Below are positions 38,492 to 49,243 of a stretch of 64,000 nt of DNA, piece by piece. Numbering within the stretch: the first letter of the stretch is position 1; every line of letters begins with the position of its first letter. The translations under genes and the position numbers were made by a program. The notes below the pieces were generated by a model. The model saw only the letters and a list, made by a program, of their open reading frames with translations, was not told the origin of the DNA and ran no database searches. Source of the stretch: an uncultured archaeon (GTDB lineage: Archaea > Altiarchaeota > Altiarchaeia > IMC4 > QMZM01); NCBI GenBank assembly GCA_964549685.1, contig CAZJVE010000001.1, positions 107,906 through 171,905 of the forward strand, read 5' to 3'.

Positions 38492-39654
38492 GTTCAAAGG
38501 TCGGGATTATAGGCGTCGGTATGACAAAGTTCGGCGAGCACTGGGATAGAAGATATAGGGATTTGATTGTCGATGCGGGTGTTGAAGCAATTAAAGATGC
38601 AGGGATTGAAGGAAATCAGATTGGGGGTATGTATGTGGGCTCCATGTCACCCGGCCTTTTTGCCGAGCAGGAGCACGTCTCAGCACTGGTTGCCGACTAT
38701 TCGGGGCTTGCTGGAATTCCCGCCACCAGAGTAGAGGCTGCATGTGCCTCTGGAGGCGTTGCATTAAGAGAGGCCTATCTTGCAGTGAAATCCGGCGAGA
38801 TGGATATCGTTGTTGCAGGAGGAGTCGAAAAGATGACCGACGTTCCAACTGGCTCTGCTGCCGTCGCTCTTATGGGAGCAGGCGACCAGGAGTGGGAGGC
38901 ATTCAAGGGAGCGACCTTCCCGAGTTTGTATGCATTAATGGCAAGGAGGCATATGGTTGAATATGGAACTACTATTGAACAGATTTCCCAGGTGGCTGTT
39001 AAGAGCCACGACAATGCCTCGCATAACGAGGATGCCCACTACGGCTTCAAGGTCACTTTAGAGCAGGTCATGAATTCAAGTCCGGTTGCCGACCCATTGA
39101 GAATTCTCCATTGTTCTGGAATTACTGATGGAGCAGCGACGGTAATTCTTGCCTCGGAGGAAAAGGCCAAGGAGCTGGTTGATGACCCGGTATGGATTAA
39201 AGCATCGGCTCTGGCTACTGACACCATAGCGCTGCATGACAGGAAATCCCTATCAAAAACCGAAGCCACCGTTCTTGCTGCAAGGAAGGCCTATAAGGCC
39301 GCAGAAATCAAACCGGAAGACGTTGATTTTGCAGAGGTCCATGACGCCTTTTCAATTGCCGAGATTCTAGCAATAGAGGCATTGGATTTCTGTGATTTTG
39401 GAGAAGGTGGGAAGCTGACACACAATGGGGAGACTGCGCTTAAGGGCAGAATTCCCGTCAACCCCTCGGGCGGGCTGAAAGGAAAGGGCCATCCCGTCGG
39501 AGCGACAGGAATCGCCCAGGCAATCGAGGCCGTGCTGCAGATAAGGGGTAAGGCCGGGGAGCGGCAGGTCAAGGGTGCTGAGACGGGTTTGATTCATAAT
39601 GTCGGCGGGTCGGGAGCCACCTGTGTTATCCATATATTGAGCGGAGAAAAATGA
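38488..39654 (+). CDS. Acetyl-CoA C-acetyltransferase (archaeal thiolase)
   Basis: Thiolase fold with the active-site Cys region (AACASGG). Confidence 0.85.
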   Translation: MSSKVGIIGVGMTKFGEHWDRRYRDLIVDAGVEAIKDAGIEGNQIGGMYVGSMSPGLFAEQEHVSALVADYSGLAGIPATRVEAACASGGVALREAYLAVKSGEMDIVVAGGVEKMTDVPTGSAAVALMGAGDQEWEAFKGATFPSLYALMARRHMVEYGTTIEQISQVAVKSHDNASHNEDAHYGFKVTLEQVMNSSPVADPLRILHCSGITDGAATVILASEEKAKELVDDPVWIKASALATDTIALHDRKSLSKTEATVLAARKAYKAAEIKPEDVDFAEVHDAFSIAEILAIEALDFCDFGEGGKLTHNGETALKGRIPVNPSGGLKGKGHPVGATGIAQAIEAVLQIRGKAGERQVKGAETGLIHNVGGSGATCVIHILSGEK

Positions 39655-40052
39655 CAAAGGGTTTGGCAACTCACTGGAGATTGGTTCCACAGAGGTACAA
39701 TCTGATTGGAACTCATTGCAAGAATTGCAACAGTAGGTTCTTCCCGCAGAGGAAGATTTGTCCCAAGTGCAGGAGAACCGGAAGCATCGAGGATTTCAAG
39801 TTCTCTGGGAAGGGGGAGATTTACAGCTATACCGTTGTTTGCGCAGCGCCGCAGGGCTTTGAGTACCAGGCGCCCTATGTTCTAGCAATAGTGAAGATGA
39901 AGGAGGGGCCGTTCATTACAGCGCAGATTGTCGACTGCAAACCGGAAGAGATTGAGATTGGTAAGAAGGTCGAGACCGTGTTCAGGAGGGTAATTGCCGA
40001 TGGGAGCTCAGGAATAATAAGGTATGGGTATAAGTTCAGGCTGAGGGATTGA
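39651..40052 (+). CDS. DUF35 OB-fold / Zn-ribbon protein (thiolase-HMGCS scaffold)
   Basis: CKNCNSRFFPQRKICPKCRR zinc ribbon; conserved third gene of this operon. Confidence 0.8.
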   Translation: MTKGLATHWRLVPQRYNLIGTHCKNCNSRFFPQRKICPKCRRTGSIEDFKFSGKGEIYSYTVVCAAPQGFEYQAPYVLAIVKMKEGPFITAQIVDCKPEEIEIGKKVETVFRRVIADGSSGIIRYGYKFRLRD

Positions 40053-40079
40053 GATTTAACAGATAACGTTAATAGGAAT

Positions 40080-40328
40080 ATGGAGATGAAAAAATATATT
40101 TTGGTTTTGCTGGTTGTTGTTGCCGTAATTGTTATTGGTTATTTTGTTTCTCAAGGCCAGGAGAGCGGTATGGGGGAATCAATGACAGAAAAACTTTGCG
40201 AAGAGCAGGGCGGGGCTTGGAGTGAAATGGAAATTCTGCGTGAGGAAGGGCATGATTTGTTTTACCAGTGTGAATGCCCAGACAACGGACCATGGATAAG
40301 GGAGGGTACGGTAGAAAGTTGTAAATAG
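40080..40328 (+). CDS. Small secreted or membrane-anchored Cys-containing protein
   Basis: N-terminal hydrophobic helix and four Cys. Confidence 0.35.
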   Translation: MEMKKYILVLLVVVAVIVIGYFVSQGQESGMGESMTEKLCEEQGGAWSEMEILREEGHDLFYQCECPDNGPWIREGTVESCK

Positions 40329-40344
40329 CTCCTTCTGGGGTTAA

Positions 40345-41520
40345 TCAAAAAGTACACACAACCCCATCCAGGCACATCTGCGTGACGTCAGTGACCTTCT
40401 CGAGCCACCTGTCAGTGACTTCTCTCGCCTTATTCTCTATGCCCTTGTCCCCTATAACCTGAACCGATGCCAAGAGGGGCTGGTCAATGGGCTTTCCAAT
40501 CTGGCTCATTATTCTGACGTAGACCTGCTCGGCTCCCTCTTCGGCAATTTCCTCTGCAATCTTGTTTGAGAGGATGTTGTAGAGCTTGCCCACGTGGTTT
40601 ACCGGGTTCTTTCCTGCCGTTGCCTCCATGGACATGGGCCGGTATGGGGTGATGAGGCCGTTGGCCCTGTTTCCTCTGCCGACGGAACCGTCGTCGCCGT
40701 GCTCAGCAGATGTTCCTGTCACCGTCAGGAAAAGCGAGCCCTTCTCGTAATCGTCTCCTGTGTTTATATGAACCTCAACGTCCTTGTCTGTAATTCCTGC
40801 GATGAAGTCCTTGAGCTTTGAGTTCATGTCCCCGATTGCTGACTTGTAGTGATCCAGGTCCTCCAGATATTTTGAAACCATTGCGGCAGCAATAGTGAGA
40901 GTGATTTTGTCGTTGTTCCTGACGCCCATCACCTTGATGTCCTCTCCCACCTCTTTCATTCCCATCTTTCCAGTGATGTACTTTTCGCTTTCCAGAACAA
41001 GCTTTTCTGTCAGGGACAGGGGAGCGAAGCTCACTCCAAAGGAGGTGTCGTTGGAATTTGGAACCCCCTTCTGCGCAAAGACGTGCCTGAGGTCCGAAGA
41101 GCCGTGGCCCAGCTTCTCCTCAATCTCGACGTGGGAGTTAATGTCAATGTTTGGGAAATTCTCACTGATGTATTTTTTGGCTGCTTCTATTGCTATGGTT
41201 CCAACAGGAATCTCTTCGCCCTCAACAACGGTGGTTGCCCGCCCGCTTAATAGTATGTATATGGGCCGTGTTATTTCTCCGGCGCCGAACTCGGGCTTTG
41301 CGCCGCCGCCAACAAGCTCCACCTGGTCGGTGTTGTGGTGAAGAATCTCGCCGTGCCTTTGCATATACTCCTTGGAAAGGGCCCTTGAGATTGACTCTGC
41401 AATTCCGTCGCAGATGGAGTCCGGGTGCCCTATACCCTTCCTCTCCACGAGCTCTACGGGTTGTTTCTCCAGTGGAATCTCGTCAGGGAATTCAAGAACA
41501 ATGTTTCTCATTTTAATCAA
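40345..41520 (-). CDS. S-adenosylmethionine synthetase, archaeal type
   Basis: Archaeal MAT N-terminus ([13 protein letters not shown]) and overall family match. Confidence 0.88.
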   Translation of the reverse strand: MIKMRNIVLEFPDEIPLEKQPVELVERKGIGHPDSICDGIAESISRALSKEYMQRHGEILHHNTDQVELVGGGAKPEFGAGEITRPIYILLSGRATTVVEGEEIPVGTIAIEAAKKYISENFPNIDINSHVEIEEKLGHGSSDLRHVFAQKGVPNSNDTSFGVSFAPLSLTEKLVLESEKYITGKMGMKEVGEDIKVMGVRNNDKITLTIAAAMVSKYLEDLDHYKSAIGDMNSKLKDFIAGITDKDVEVHINTGDDYEKGSLFLTVTGTSAEHGDDGSVGRGNRANGLITPYRPMSMEATAGKNPVNHVGKLYNILSNKIAEEIAEEGAEQVYVRIMSQIGKPIDQPLLASVQVIGDKGIENKAREVTDRWLEKVTDVTQMCLDGVVCTF

Positions 41521-41553
41521 GAGATAAATAATAGGATTGCTTAATAAAAAAGG

Positions 41554-42198
41554 TCAGATTATGCTCGCCTTCAGTACGTTTGGGTGGGGGAGGTCCATGG
41601 TTCCGGCACCGTGGCCGCTTCTTCCCTCAGGTGGGGCGTTGGTGAATTCATCAACGGCTGCTGCGAGAATCGCCATTCCTGTGGGGGTTGCAATCTCTTT
41701 GTCGATTAGAAATTCTGTAGGGAATGAATTGTTTTTTATTATCTCCTGGGTTGCCGGGGCGATGGTGCCTGTTGATATCATGGAGCAGGATATGGTTGAA
41801 TGAATAAGGCCGAGGTTCTCCAGTGCCAGAGAGAATGCTACTGCATCAACTATGCTGTCCCTTGCTTCATGGAGGTGAACCTGTTCGAGTGGGGTTTTGT
41901 GAACCCTGGATTCAGCCATTGCAAGATTGTGGAGGATTCCGGTGGAGAGGGTTTTTGCCTGCTCAGAGATTCTGAGAGCGTCTATATCAGCAAGCAGTTC
42001 TGTGTATCTTCTGGAGTCGGAAACAAATTTTACGTCGAATTTCTTTGCCGGGATTCCTGCCTTTGTTACATCCCTGAGAGAGAGCTCGGCTATGCCTGAG
42101 AGGGTTTCCTTCATGGGTTTGAAATCTGCTCCCAGGTCTATAAGGGCGCCGACCAGCATGTCTCCGCTGACTCCATGGGAACAGTCTAAGTGGAGCAT
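41554..42198 (-). CDS. larC: LarC N-terminal domain protein (nickel-pincer cofactor nickel insertion; DUF111), C-terminal domain missing
   Basis: [25 protein letters not shown] is a typical LarC start; only ~214 aa is present. Confidence 0.6.
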   Translation of the reverse strand: MLHLDCSHGVSGDMLVGALIDLGADFKPMKETLSGIAELSLRDVTKAGIPAKKFDVKFVSDSRRYTELLADIDALRISEQAKTLSTGILHNLAMAESRVHKTPLEQVHLHEARDSIVDAVAFSLALENLGLIHSTISCSMISTGTIAPATQEIIKNNSFPTEFLIDKEIATPTGMAILAAAVDEFTNAPPEGRSGHGAGTMDLPHPNVLKASII

Positions 42199-42848
42199 TT
42201 TAGAATCTTGCAGGCAAGGACTGCGGCTCCATAGCCGTTGTCTATGTTCACCACAGCGACCGGGGAGCATGAATTCAGCATTGCGTTCAGGGCTGCCTGT
42301 CCCTTGGCGCCGGTGCCATAGCCGACCGATGTCGGGACGCCTATCACTGGGGCAGAAACCAGACCGGAGACTATGGACGGGAGTGCGCCCTCCATCCCTG
42401 CGATTACTATCAGGGCTCTTGCGTCCTTCATCTTATCGAGGGCTGGAAAAAGGCGGTGGATTCCTGCAATGCCAACATCGTAGGAAGTAATTACCTTGCC
42501 ACCAAGCTCCTCGGCGACCGCCTTTGCCTCCTCGGCTACAGGAATGTCGGATGTTCCAGCAGTGACGATTCCTATGGTTCCAAGGGGCTTTGTCCTGAAA
42601 TTCTTTTTCTTGATTACAAGGACGCTGCCCTTTTTGTTATGGTTGATGGTTAAATTCTTTATTTTTAATTTTTTTAGAATCTCCTTTGTCTTCTCTTCAT
42701 CAATTTTTGTGATAATAATTCTCCCGGACGTGCTGAGGAATTCATCCGTGATTTCTATCAGGTCATCAGCTGTTTTTCCGAGGCCGAAAACAACCTCTGG
42801 AATTCCGCAGCGCTTCTCCCTCCCCGTGTCGTGATTCAGGATTTCCAT
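42186..42848 (-). CDS. larB: LarB (PurE-like pyridinium-3,5-biscarboxylic acid mononucleotide synthase)
   Basis: PurE-like core [16 protein letters not shown]...AGMEGALPS. Confidence 0.7.
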   Translation of the reverse strand: MEILNHDTGREKRCGIPEVVFGLGKTADDLIEITDEFLSTSGRIIITKIDEEKTKEILKKLKIKNLTINHNKKGSVLVIKKKNFRTKPLGTIGIVTAGTSDIPVAEEAKAVAEELGGKVITSYDVGIAGIHRLFPALDKMKDARALIVIAGMEGALPSIVSGLVSAPVIGVPTSVGYGTGAKGQAALNAMLNSCSPVAVVNIDNGYGAAVLACKILKCST

Positions 42849-42849
42849 T

Positions 42850-43509
42850 CTATCCGATGATATTGAGTATCCCCCTTAGCTCCTCCACCGTTAGCTGCCC
42901 GGGAGCAGACTCCTTCCCCTGGGTGGGGGAGGCGTAGGTGAGGTAAGCGCCCAGAGCCGGTCCCAAAACCCGAGATACCTTCCCCAACTCGCCCATTGCT
43001 ATTGCGATTACAGGAATCTTGGTGGGGTTTTCTGTTATTGCCGCAAGGGTGTTGAGAACATCGGCTTGTTTTTTTGGCATGAGCGCCACCTTTGCTATGT
43101 CTGCCCCGGCCTCTTCTTCCTGTTTCAGTAGGGAGAGGATTTCCTCTTTGCCCGGAGTAGAGTTGAAGTCATGGTGGGAAAGAATAGCCTTGACTCCTTT
43201 CTCCTTGGCTTCCCTGACGAGAGAATCTCTGAGCTTGGTTTCTGTTTTTAGTTCTATTGTTAAATGGCTCGAGAATTCACTTGCCTTTCTCAGGATGTCG
43301 ATTCTTTCCGTTTCTGTTCCTGCAAAATTCCCGCCCTCGAATTCCGGCATACATGTTGCAATTATCGGCTTCTGGATTTCACTTAGTTCATCAATACTGG
43401 AAAATTCCGTCAGATAATCAAGTCTCAGCTCTATCGAATCCGCGTTTGTCGAATTTGCAGCTTCTATCATTGAATCCAATTCTTTTTCGATTATTGGGGC
43501 GCAAATCAT
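42850..43509 (-). CDS. aroD: 3-dehydroquinate dehydratase type I
   Basis: Type I DHQase TIM barrel with the catalytic Lys region. Confidence 0.8.
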   Translation of the reverse strand: MICAPIIEKELDSMIEAANSTNADSIELRLDYLTEFSSIDELSEIQKPIIATCMPEFEGGNFAGTETERIDILRKASEFSSHLTIELKTETKLRDSLVREAKEKGVKAILSHHDFNSTPGKEEILSLLKQEEEAGADIAKVALMPKKQADVLNTLAAITENPTKIPVIAIAMGELGKVSRVLGPALGAYLTYASPTQGKESAPGQLTVEELRGILNIIG

Positions 43510-43552
43510 TTTTGTAGGGAGATATTTATATATTGAAGATATTATAATTACT

Positions 43553-44314
43553 ATGGCTAGGGTAATCGGTGTTCTTTCGGGGAAGGGTGGTGTTGGAAAG
43601 ACTACTCTCGTTTCTAATCTTGGTGTGTCTTTGGCTCAGGAGGGTAAGAACGTCGCCATTGTTGATGCAAACCTTACCGGCGCTAATCTGGGACTTCACT
43701 TCGGCTTGCTAAGCTATCCGGTTTCCATTCACGACGTCATGAGTGATGAGGCGCTGATAACGGATGCCATGTACAAGCACCCATCTGGAGTAGACATAGT
43801 TCCCGCGTCCCTCTCTATCGAGCATATAGATACCGAGCCAAGGAACCTGAGGAGCTCGATTGACGAATTTCTTGGCGATAAGGATTTCGTTCTGATTGAT
43901 GCCGCAACCGGTCTGGACAGGGAGACATTAAATGCGATAGACATGTCTGATGAGGTTCTTATTGTCACGCATCCGGAGCTTCCTACGATTTCAGATGCAT
44001 TAAGAACAAAGACCATAGCAGAGAAGTACGGTAAGGATGTCATAGGTATCGTCCTTAACAGAGTGAACAGGAAGGACGAGCTGAATAAGGATAACGTGTC
44101 ATCATTCTTTGAGCTTCCTGTTATCGGCGCTATTCCTGACGACCCCGTGGTTAGGAAATCCATCGAAGCCAAGAATCCGGTAGTTTTGAGTCACCCGAAC
44201 CACAGGGTAAGCAACGAGGTAAGGAGGGTGTCAAGCCATGTATTGGGCAAGAAATACAAACCAGTAAGCAACGGCGGCTTCCTGGACAGGCTTCTGGCTA
44301 TGTTTAAATGGTGA
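43553..44314 (+). CDS. minD: MinD/ParA-family ATPase
   Basis: Deviant Walker A GKGGVGKTT. Confidence 0.8.
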   Translation: MARVIGVLSGKGGVGKTTLVSNLGVSLAQEGKNVAIVDANLTGANLGLHFGLLSYPVSIHDVMSDEALITDAMYKHPSGVDIVPASLSIEHIDTEPRNLRSSIDEFLGDKDFVLIDAATGLDRETLNAIDMSDEVLIVTHPELPTISDALRTKTIAEKYGKDVIGIVLNRVNRKDELNKDNVSSFFELPVIGAIPDDPVVRKSIEAKNPVVLSHPNHRVSNEVRRVSSHVLGKKYKPVSNGGFLDRLLAMFKW

Positions 44315-44697
44315 TTCAGGTTCTCAACAAGAGCAGGGGTTTTGTTATAAGCGAATCCTGTGGTGTAGCTGATTCTTTCTTCTCCAGGTTCAGGGGGCTG
44401 ATGCTTTCAAAGCCAAGGGACCTGGTTCTTGTTTCTCCGAGGGAGGACATAAAGTCCTCGGCGATTCACATGCTGTTTATGAGGTTTCCCATAGATGCTG
44501 TGTGGGTAGATTCAAAAATGATTGTTGTTGATATTAAAAAAAATATTAAACCTAATTCCCTAGGGATTTTCAGGCCGGGGAAGCCGGCTAAGTTTGTTGT
44601 GGAGCTGGGGGTGGGGAAGTTAGGCACTACAGAAGTTGGTGACATAATTGAGTTCTCACATCCCGGCCCCGCCGAGCCGCTTCATCAGCCGCTTTAG
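44308..44697 (+). CDS. DUF192 family protein; carries an in-frame copy of the recurrent 15-mer
   Basis: COG1430-like pattern; KLGTT is encoded by AAGTTAGGCACTACA at 44617..44631. Confidence 0.55.
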   Translation: MVIQVLNKSRGFVISESCGVADSFFSRFRGLMLSKPRDLVLVSPREDIKSSAIHMLFMRFPIDAVWVDSKMIVVDIKKNIKPNSLGIFRPGKPAKFVVELGVGKLGTTEVGDIIEFSHPGPAEPLHQPL

Positions 44698-45972
44698 CTT
44701 TCTTTCATCTCCGAACATGCGCATCATCTTCTTCATCTTCTTGTGATAGTTGAGGAGTTCGCGAACCTCCTCCGGCTTGGTTCCTGAGCCGGATGAGATT
44801 CTGCTGATTCGTTCTCTTTTGATTAGGGTGGGGTCCTCCCTTTCTTGGGCAGTCATCGAGTCCATTATGTAGATGAACTTGTCCAGCTTTTCTTCCTGCA
44901 TATCCAGCATGTCCTTGGGTATCTTTGCCCCAAAGGGGAGCATGCCCGCAACCTGTTTCATTGGGCCCATCTTCTTCATCTGCTGGATTTGAGAATAAAT
45001 GTCGTTCATGTTGAATTTCCCAGACATCATCCTTTCGGCGGCCTTTTCGTCAAAGTCTACCTCCTTTGCCTTCTCGAGCAGGCCCTCCAGGTCGCCGAAG
45101 CCGATGAGTCTTGATACAAACCCTTCTGGGTTGAATTCCTCGAAGTCGTTGATGTGCTCTCCTGTCCCTATGAAATTCACCCCGGAGCCGGTTGCGGAGC
45201 AGGCAGAGATTGCGCCCCCGCCCTTTGCCGTGCCGTCGAGCTTCGTGAGGATTATGCCATCTACTCTTGATGAGTTCTTGAATGCCTCGGCCTCCTTCCC
45301 TGCCTGCTGGCCCGTGGTTCCGTCGAGGATTAGAAGAACCCTCTCGGGCTTTATCTCCTTGTAGATTTTGTTGATGTCCTTCATCAGCTCCTTGTCCAGT
45401 TTGTGCCTGCCTTCAGAGTCTATTAGAATCAGGCCCTCGTTCTTGAACTCCTTGATTCCTTCCTTTATTGTGTTGAGGGCGTTCTTCTCTTCCGGGTTTC
45501 CGTAGAAGGGCAGCTTAATCTCTTCGGAGAGCTGCTTCAGCTGTTCATAGGCCGCGGGCCTGAATGTATCCGCGCAGATGAGTTTTGGATGGAGGCCCTT
45601 TTTCTTAAAGTACCTGGCAAGTTTTGCTACCGTGGTTGTTTTGCCGCTCCCTTGCGTTCCAACGAGAAGGAGTTTTTGTCCGTCCTGTATCTCGACCGGT
45701 TCCCCCTTCCCAAGTAAATTCACCAGCTCCTCGTATGTTATCCTTATAAGGTTCTCCTTTCTGGAGAGCATCCCGGGGGGCTTCTCAAGAAGACCCCTAT
45801 CCTCAATTCTCTTGGACAGCTCAAAAACCTGCTCTATCTGAACATCCGCTGAAAGAAGGGTCTTCTGAATCTCCTTGGTGTAATTCTTTACAGTCTTCTT
45901 ATCGACCACTACCGCTTTCCTCAGGTTCGTGATGGAGCTCTGCAGGCCCTCCGATAACTTTTCGAATACCAT
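44656..45972 (-). CDS. srp54: Signal recognition particle protein SRP54
   Basis: N domain, G domain (GTQGSGKTT, DTFRPAA) and Met-rich M domain. Confidence 0.9.
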   Translation of the reverse strand: MVFEKLSEGLQSSITNLRKAVVVDKKTVKNYTKEIQKTLLSADVQIEQVFELSKRIEDRGLLEKPPGMLSRKENLIRITYEELVNLLGKGEPVEIQDGQKLLLVGTQGSGKTTTVAKLARYFKKKGLHPKLICADTFRPAAYEQLKQLSEEIKLPFYGNPEEKNALNTIKEGIKEFKNEGLILIDSEGRHKLDKELMKDINKIYKEIKPERVLLILDGTTGQQAGKEAEAFKNSSRVDGIILTKLDGTAKGGGAISACSATGSGVNFIGTGEHINDFEEFNPEGFVSRLIGFGDLEGLLEKAKEVDFDEKAAERMMSGKFNMNDIYSQIQQMKKMGPMKQVAGMLPFGAKIPKDMLDMQEEKLDKFIYIMDSMTAQEREDPTLIKRERISRISSGSGTKPEEVRELLNYHKKMKKMMRMFGDERKLKRLMKRLGGAGM

Positions 45973-45973
45973 T

Positions 45974-46657
45974 CTATTGAATCTCCTCTGAGATTATCCT
46001 CGTGAGGTTATCTTCTGGGATTAAGCCCTTGTAAGTCCGGTCACCTATGACCACCGCGGGGGTTTCAGTCACATTGTGGCTCCTTTTCAGGAGGTTGACT
46101 ATGGGCTCGTCGAGGTCGGAATTGAGGACAAACACTATTATTCTGTCCTTGAATTCCCCATCATATAGGTTGTCGAGTATGTGGCCCTGCTCAACGCATT
46201 CCTGGCACGGAACGGAATAGAAATAGAGGATTACCGCAACCTCGCGGTTGCATCTTTCCTTCACGTAGTTGTTGAGAATCCATGCTTTTGTGGATAAAAG
46301 AGCATAGTCTCTCCTGAGCGAGTCGAACTCCTTTCCCTTGGCATTTTCGAGGTCCTCTCCAAGCCCCCTTACCTTCTTTGTCGTATCATCGACTAGTGCC
46401 GAGAGGGAGTCACATGAGAGGTTATTGCCTATAATGCTGAGATATGCGTACTCCAGCTGAAGGTTTTCGGTCCTTCTCTGCAGCGATGCATACTCCTCTT
46501 CGGATGGAAGGCGGTCTATTCTGCTCTGTAGTATGCTTATCTTGCCCTCAGTATAATCAATCAGCGTGCCCTCTATGAAAAGCCCGGACATCACGCCAAT
46601 CAGGTAAAAGAAGATGGAAAGAACTGCTGCTGCCAGGTATACTCTCTTGTTTTGCAT
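45974..46657 (-). CDS. Membrane-anchored thioredoxin-fold protein with coiled-coil
   Basis: N-terminal TM, coiled-coil, CQEC redox motif. Confidence 0.45.
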   Translation of the reverse strand: MQNKRVYLAAAVLSIFFYLIGVMSGLFIEGTLIDYTEGKISILQSRIDRLPSEEEYASLQRRTENLQLEYAYLSIIGNNLSCDSLSALVDDTTKKVRGLGEDLENAKGKEFDSLRRDYALLSTKAWILNNYVKERCNREVAVILYFYSVPCQECVEQGHILDNLYDGEFKDRIIVFVLNSDLDEPIVNLLKRSHNVTETPAVVIGDRTYKGLIPEDNLTRIISEEIQ

Positions 46658-46701
46658 ATTTTAACGTATTTACGAAATATTAATAAAAAGCAGAGTATAC
46701 A

Positions 46702-47979
46702 ATGGATTTTGTCCACTCTACGAGTTTGATGTTGTATAATGCCTTTTTAATCCCGGTGGCTTTCTTTTCGTTCGTGTATTATATCGTGGCGCTGAGAACC
46801 ATACTGGTTAGGGAGGAGGAGAATGAAACCGACATGACAGAGATAGATTGGCCCAGAGTAACCGTTCAGATTCCCACATTTAATGAGCCCGTTGCCATAA
46901 GGTGCGCGAGAAGCTGCTTGAATTTCGACTATCCGAAAGATAGGTTTGAGGTAATAATTGGCGATGATAGCACCAACCCCGATGTGTCAAAGGCCATTGA
47001 TGAGTTTGTAGATGAGAACAGCGGGTTAGTAAGAGTGACAAGAAGGGGACACAATAGAGGATTCAAAGCGGGTAATCTAAATCACATGTTGAGGTTCTCA
47101 GATGGGGACATTGTCGTAATATTCGATTCCGACTTCACGGCCAAGAAGGATTTTCTGAAGAGGGTTGTGATGCCATTTATTAAAGACGATAAGGTTGGTT
47201 GTGTCCAAGCGGAGTGGGATTTTCTGAATTCAGGAAAGAATTATATCTCAAAGCTCTCGACGACGCTTTTGATGTTTTATTATTCCCTCATAGTCCCCAT
47301 AAACAAAATGCTTGGCGTGCCTTTCCTCTTCGGTTCCGGAGAGGCAATAAGAAAGGCCCTGTTGCTGGAGATGGGTGGCTGGCACGAGGGTAGCCTTACA
47401 GAGGATACAGAATTCTCGCTCAGGTTGTTCAAAGAGGGCTACAGAATAGTCTATCTGGATGATGTCAAGGCCACGGGGGAGGTGCCTTACACATTGAAGG
47501 GGCTTCTAAGCCAGCAGAGGAGGTGGGCCTATGGAAATACAAAGGCGTTTCTGGGCCATGCAAGGTCAATCCTCTTCGGTCCGTTTTCGTTTTTGCAGAA
47601 AACGATGATGACTTATACCACCTCCATAGGTTATCTGTCAAATCTGTTTCTTCTGCTGTTCCTGTTTGCGGGAATGGCCTCATTTTTTTCACAGCCGGCC
47701 GCCCCGATAGATATACCAAGGTTCGTAAACCAGACAGTGAGCGTGTTTTTAATTACCTCCGGTTTCCTTTTGGGAGGAATTGCCGCACTCTATAAGAAGA
47801 GTAAGCTCAGGATATTGCTTCCTTCAATCGTCTCGGTCTTAACGGTTGGTTTTTTGGTTTCCTTCAATGTTTGCGTTGGCTTTTTCAAGGCCGTTTCTGG
47901 TAAGGAGATGGTCTGGTCCGCGATAAACAAAGAGGGTAATTTCGATATCATTCCCCAAGAACGGCTGGGGGAGACGTAA
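46702..47979 (+). CDS. Processive family-2 glycosyltransferase (membrane synthase)
   Basis: GT-A fold with DxD and the QQRRW motif; multiple C-terminal TM helices. Confidence 0.75.
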   Translation: MDFVHSTSLMLYNAFLIPVAFFSFVYYIVALRTILVREEENETDMTEIDWPRVTVQIPTFNEPVAIRCARSCLNFDYPKDRFEVIIGDDSTNPDVSKAIDEFVDENSGLVRVTRRGHNRGFKAGNLNHMLRFSDGDIVVIFDSDFTAKKDFLKRVVMPFIKDDKVGCVQAEWDFLNSGKNYISKLSTTLLMFYYSLIVPINKMLGVPFLFGSGEAIRKALLLEMGGWHEGSLTEDTEFSLRLFKEGYRIVYLDDVKATGEVPYTLKGLLSQQRRWAYGNTKAFLGHARSILFGPFSFLQKTMMTYTTSIGYLSNLFLLLFLFAGMASFFSQPAAPIDIPRFVNQTVSVFLITSGFLLGGIAALYKKSKLRILLPSIVSVLTVGFLVSFNVCVGFFKAVSGKEMVWSAINKEGNFDIIPQERLGET

Positions 47980-49242
47980 ATGATTGACCTAATTCTCATA
48001 GTAATATTTTCGGTACTGATTGTTCTTCACGGCTCCTGGGTTTTTCTTCTCCTTTACCCTGAAAGAAAGAGATATGATGAGATTTCGCCGGATATCTCCA
48101 TAATCATGCCCGCCCACAACGAGGAGGCGATAATAGAATCTACAGTAAAGAGCGTTCTTGAAGCAGAATACTCCGGAGGTAGGGAGATTATTGTAGTAAA
48201 TGACGGTTCAACTGATAGGACCGCAGAAATAGTCAGAGGCCTGGCAGAAAAAGACGAGAGAATTCACCTGTATGAGACAGAGCATGTAGGAAAGGCGAAG
48301 GCAATAAACCGGGGCGTTGAAAATGCAATCAACGAGATAGTCGTGGTGCTTGATGCGGACTCCAGGTTGGATTCCAAGGCACTGGTCAAGATTGTGAAGC
48401 CCTTCTCCGACGAGAAGGTGGGGGGTGTTTCAGGGATAATAAGGGCAATCCAGACAAATAATCCCTTAACCTGGTTTCAGGACCTGGAGTATATAATAAC
48501 GTCCGGGTGGAGATACACCTGCAACAGGCTGAATAGCACATACATTTTTCCTGGGTTTGCAGCATTCAGGAAAGGTGCCCTTTTGAAGACGGGCGGATTT
48601 TCAAGCGATACGCTCTCCGAGGACTTTGAGATTGGTTTGAGGTTGAGAAAGGAGGGTCATGGGTTGGTTATGTCGTGGGCGACAATCTATACGAAGGTTC
48701 CTGAGACGTTTTCCGGCCTAATGAAACAGAGAATCCGCTGGGGCAGGGGCACCATCCAGGTGATAAGGAAGCATTTTGATGTGCCGTTCAACAAGAAGTA
48801 CGGCGCCATTGGATTCTATGGGATTCCGACGCAGATGTACTGGTTCATTCACGGCCTGACCTATCTGCCTGTCGTTTTTTACCAGATATTGAGCGGCTAT
48901 TTGAAGTATTTTGTCGCATCCGACAATTCCCTCTCCCTGGAGGCAGCGGCGTACTTCTTCCGGTGGTTCTCGTTTTATGGGATGGTTGATTTCACCTACA
49001 GGACCTTCATTGGAGAATATGAGATGTCCCTGGTCTTTGTTCTGACCCTTGTGATGTTCTGCCTCTACATTCTATATGATGCCCTCGTGATAATGAAGAT
49101 AGGGAAGCCGTCGATTCGCTTCCTCTTTGTTATTTTTTTCCTCTTTCCATATTCTTTATTCGCTCTGTCGCTTCATGTGGTCCCGCTCTTTTATGAGCTG
49201 TTAAAACCAGGAAGCGCCAACGTCTGGGAAAAGAATAGATAA
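47980..49242 (+). CDS. Processive family-2 glycosyltransferase (second copy)
   Basis: GT-A fold with QRIRW; start overlaps the stop of the upstream GT2. Confidence 0.75.
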   Translation: MIDLILIVIFSVLIVLHGSWVFLLLYPERKRYDEISPDISIIMPAHNEEAIIESTVKSVLEAEYSGGREIIVVNDGSTDRTAEIVRGLAEKDERIHLYETEHVGKAKAINRGVENAINEIVVVLDADSRLDSKALVKIVKPFSDEKVGGVSGIIRAIQTNNPLTWFQDLEYIITSGWRYTCNRLNSTYIFPGFAAFRKGALLKTGGFSSDTLSEDFEIGLRLRKEGHGLVMSWATIYTKVPETFSGLMKQRIRWGRGTIQVIRKHFDVPFNKKYGAIGFYGIPTQMYWFIHGLTYLPVVFYQILSGYLKYFVASDNSLSLEAAAYFFRWFSFYGMVDFTYRTFIGEYEMSLVFVLTLVMFCLYILYDALVIMKIGKPSIRFLFVIFFLFPYSLFALSLHVVPLFYELLKPGSANVWEKNR

Positions 49243-49243
49243 A

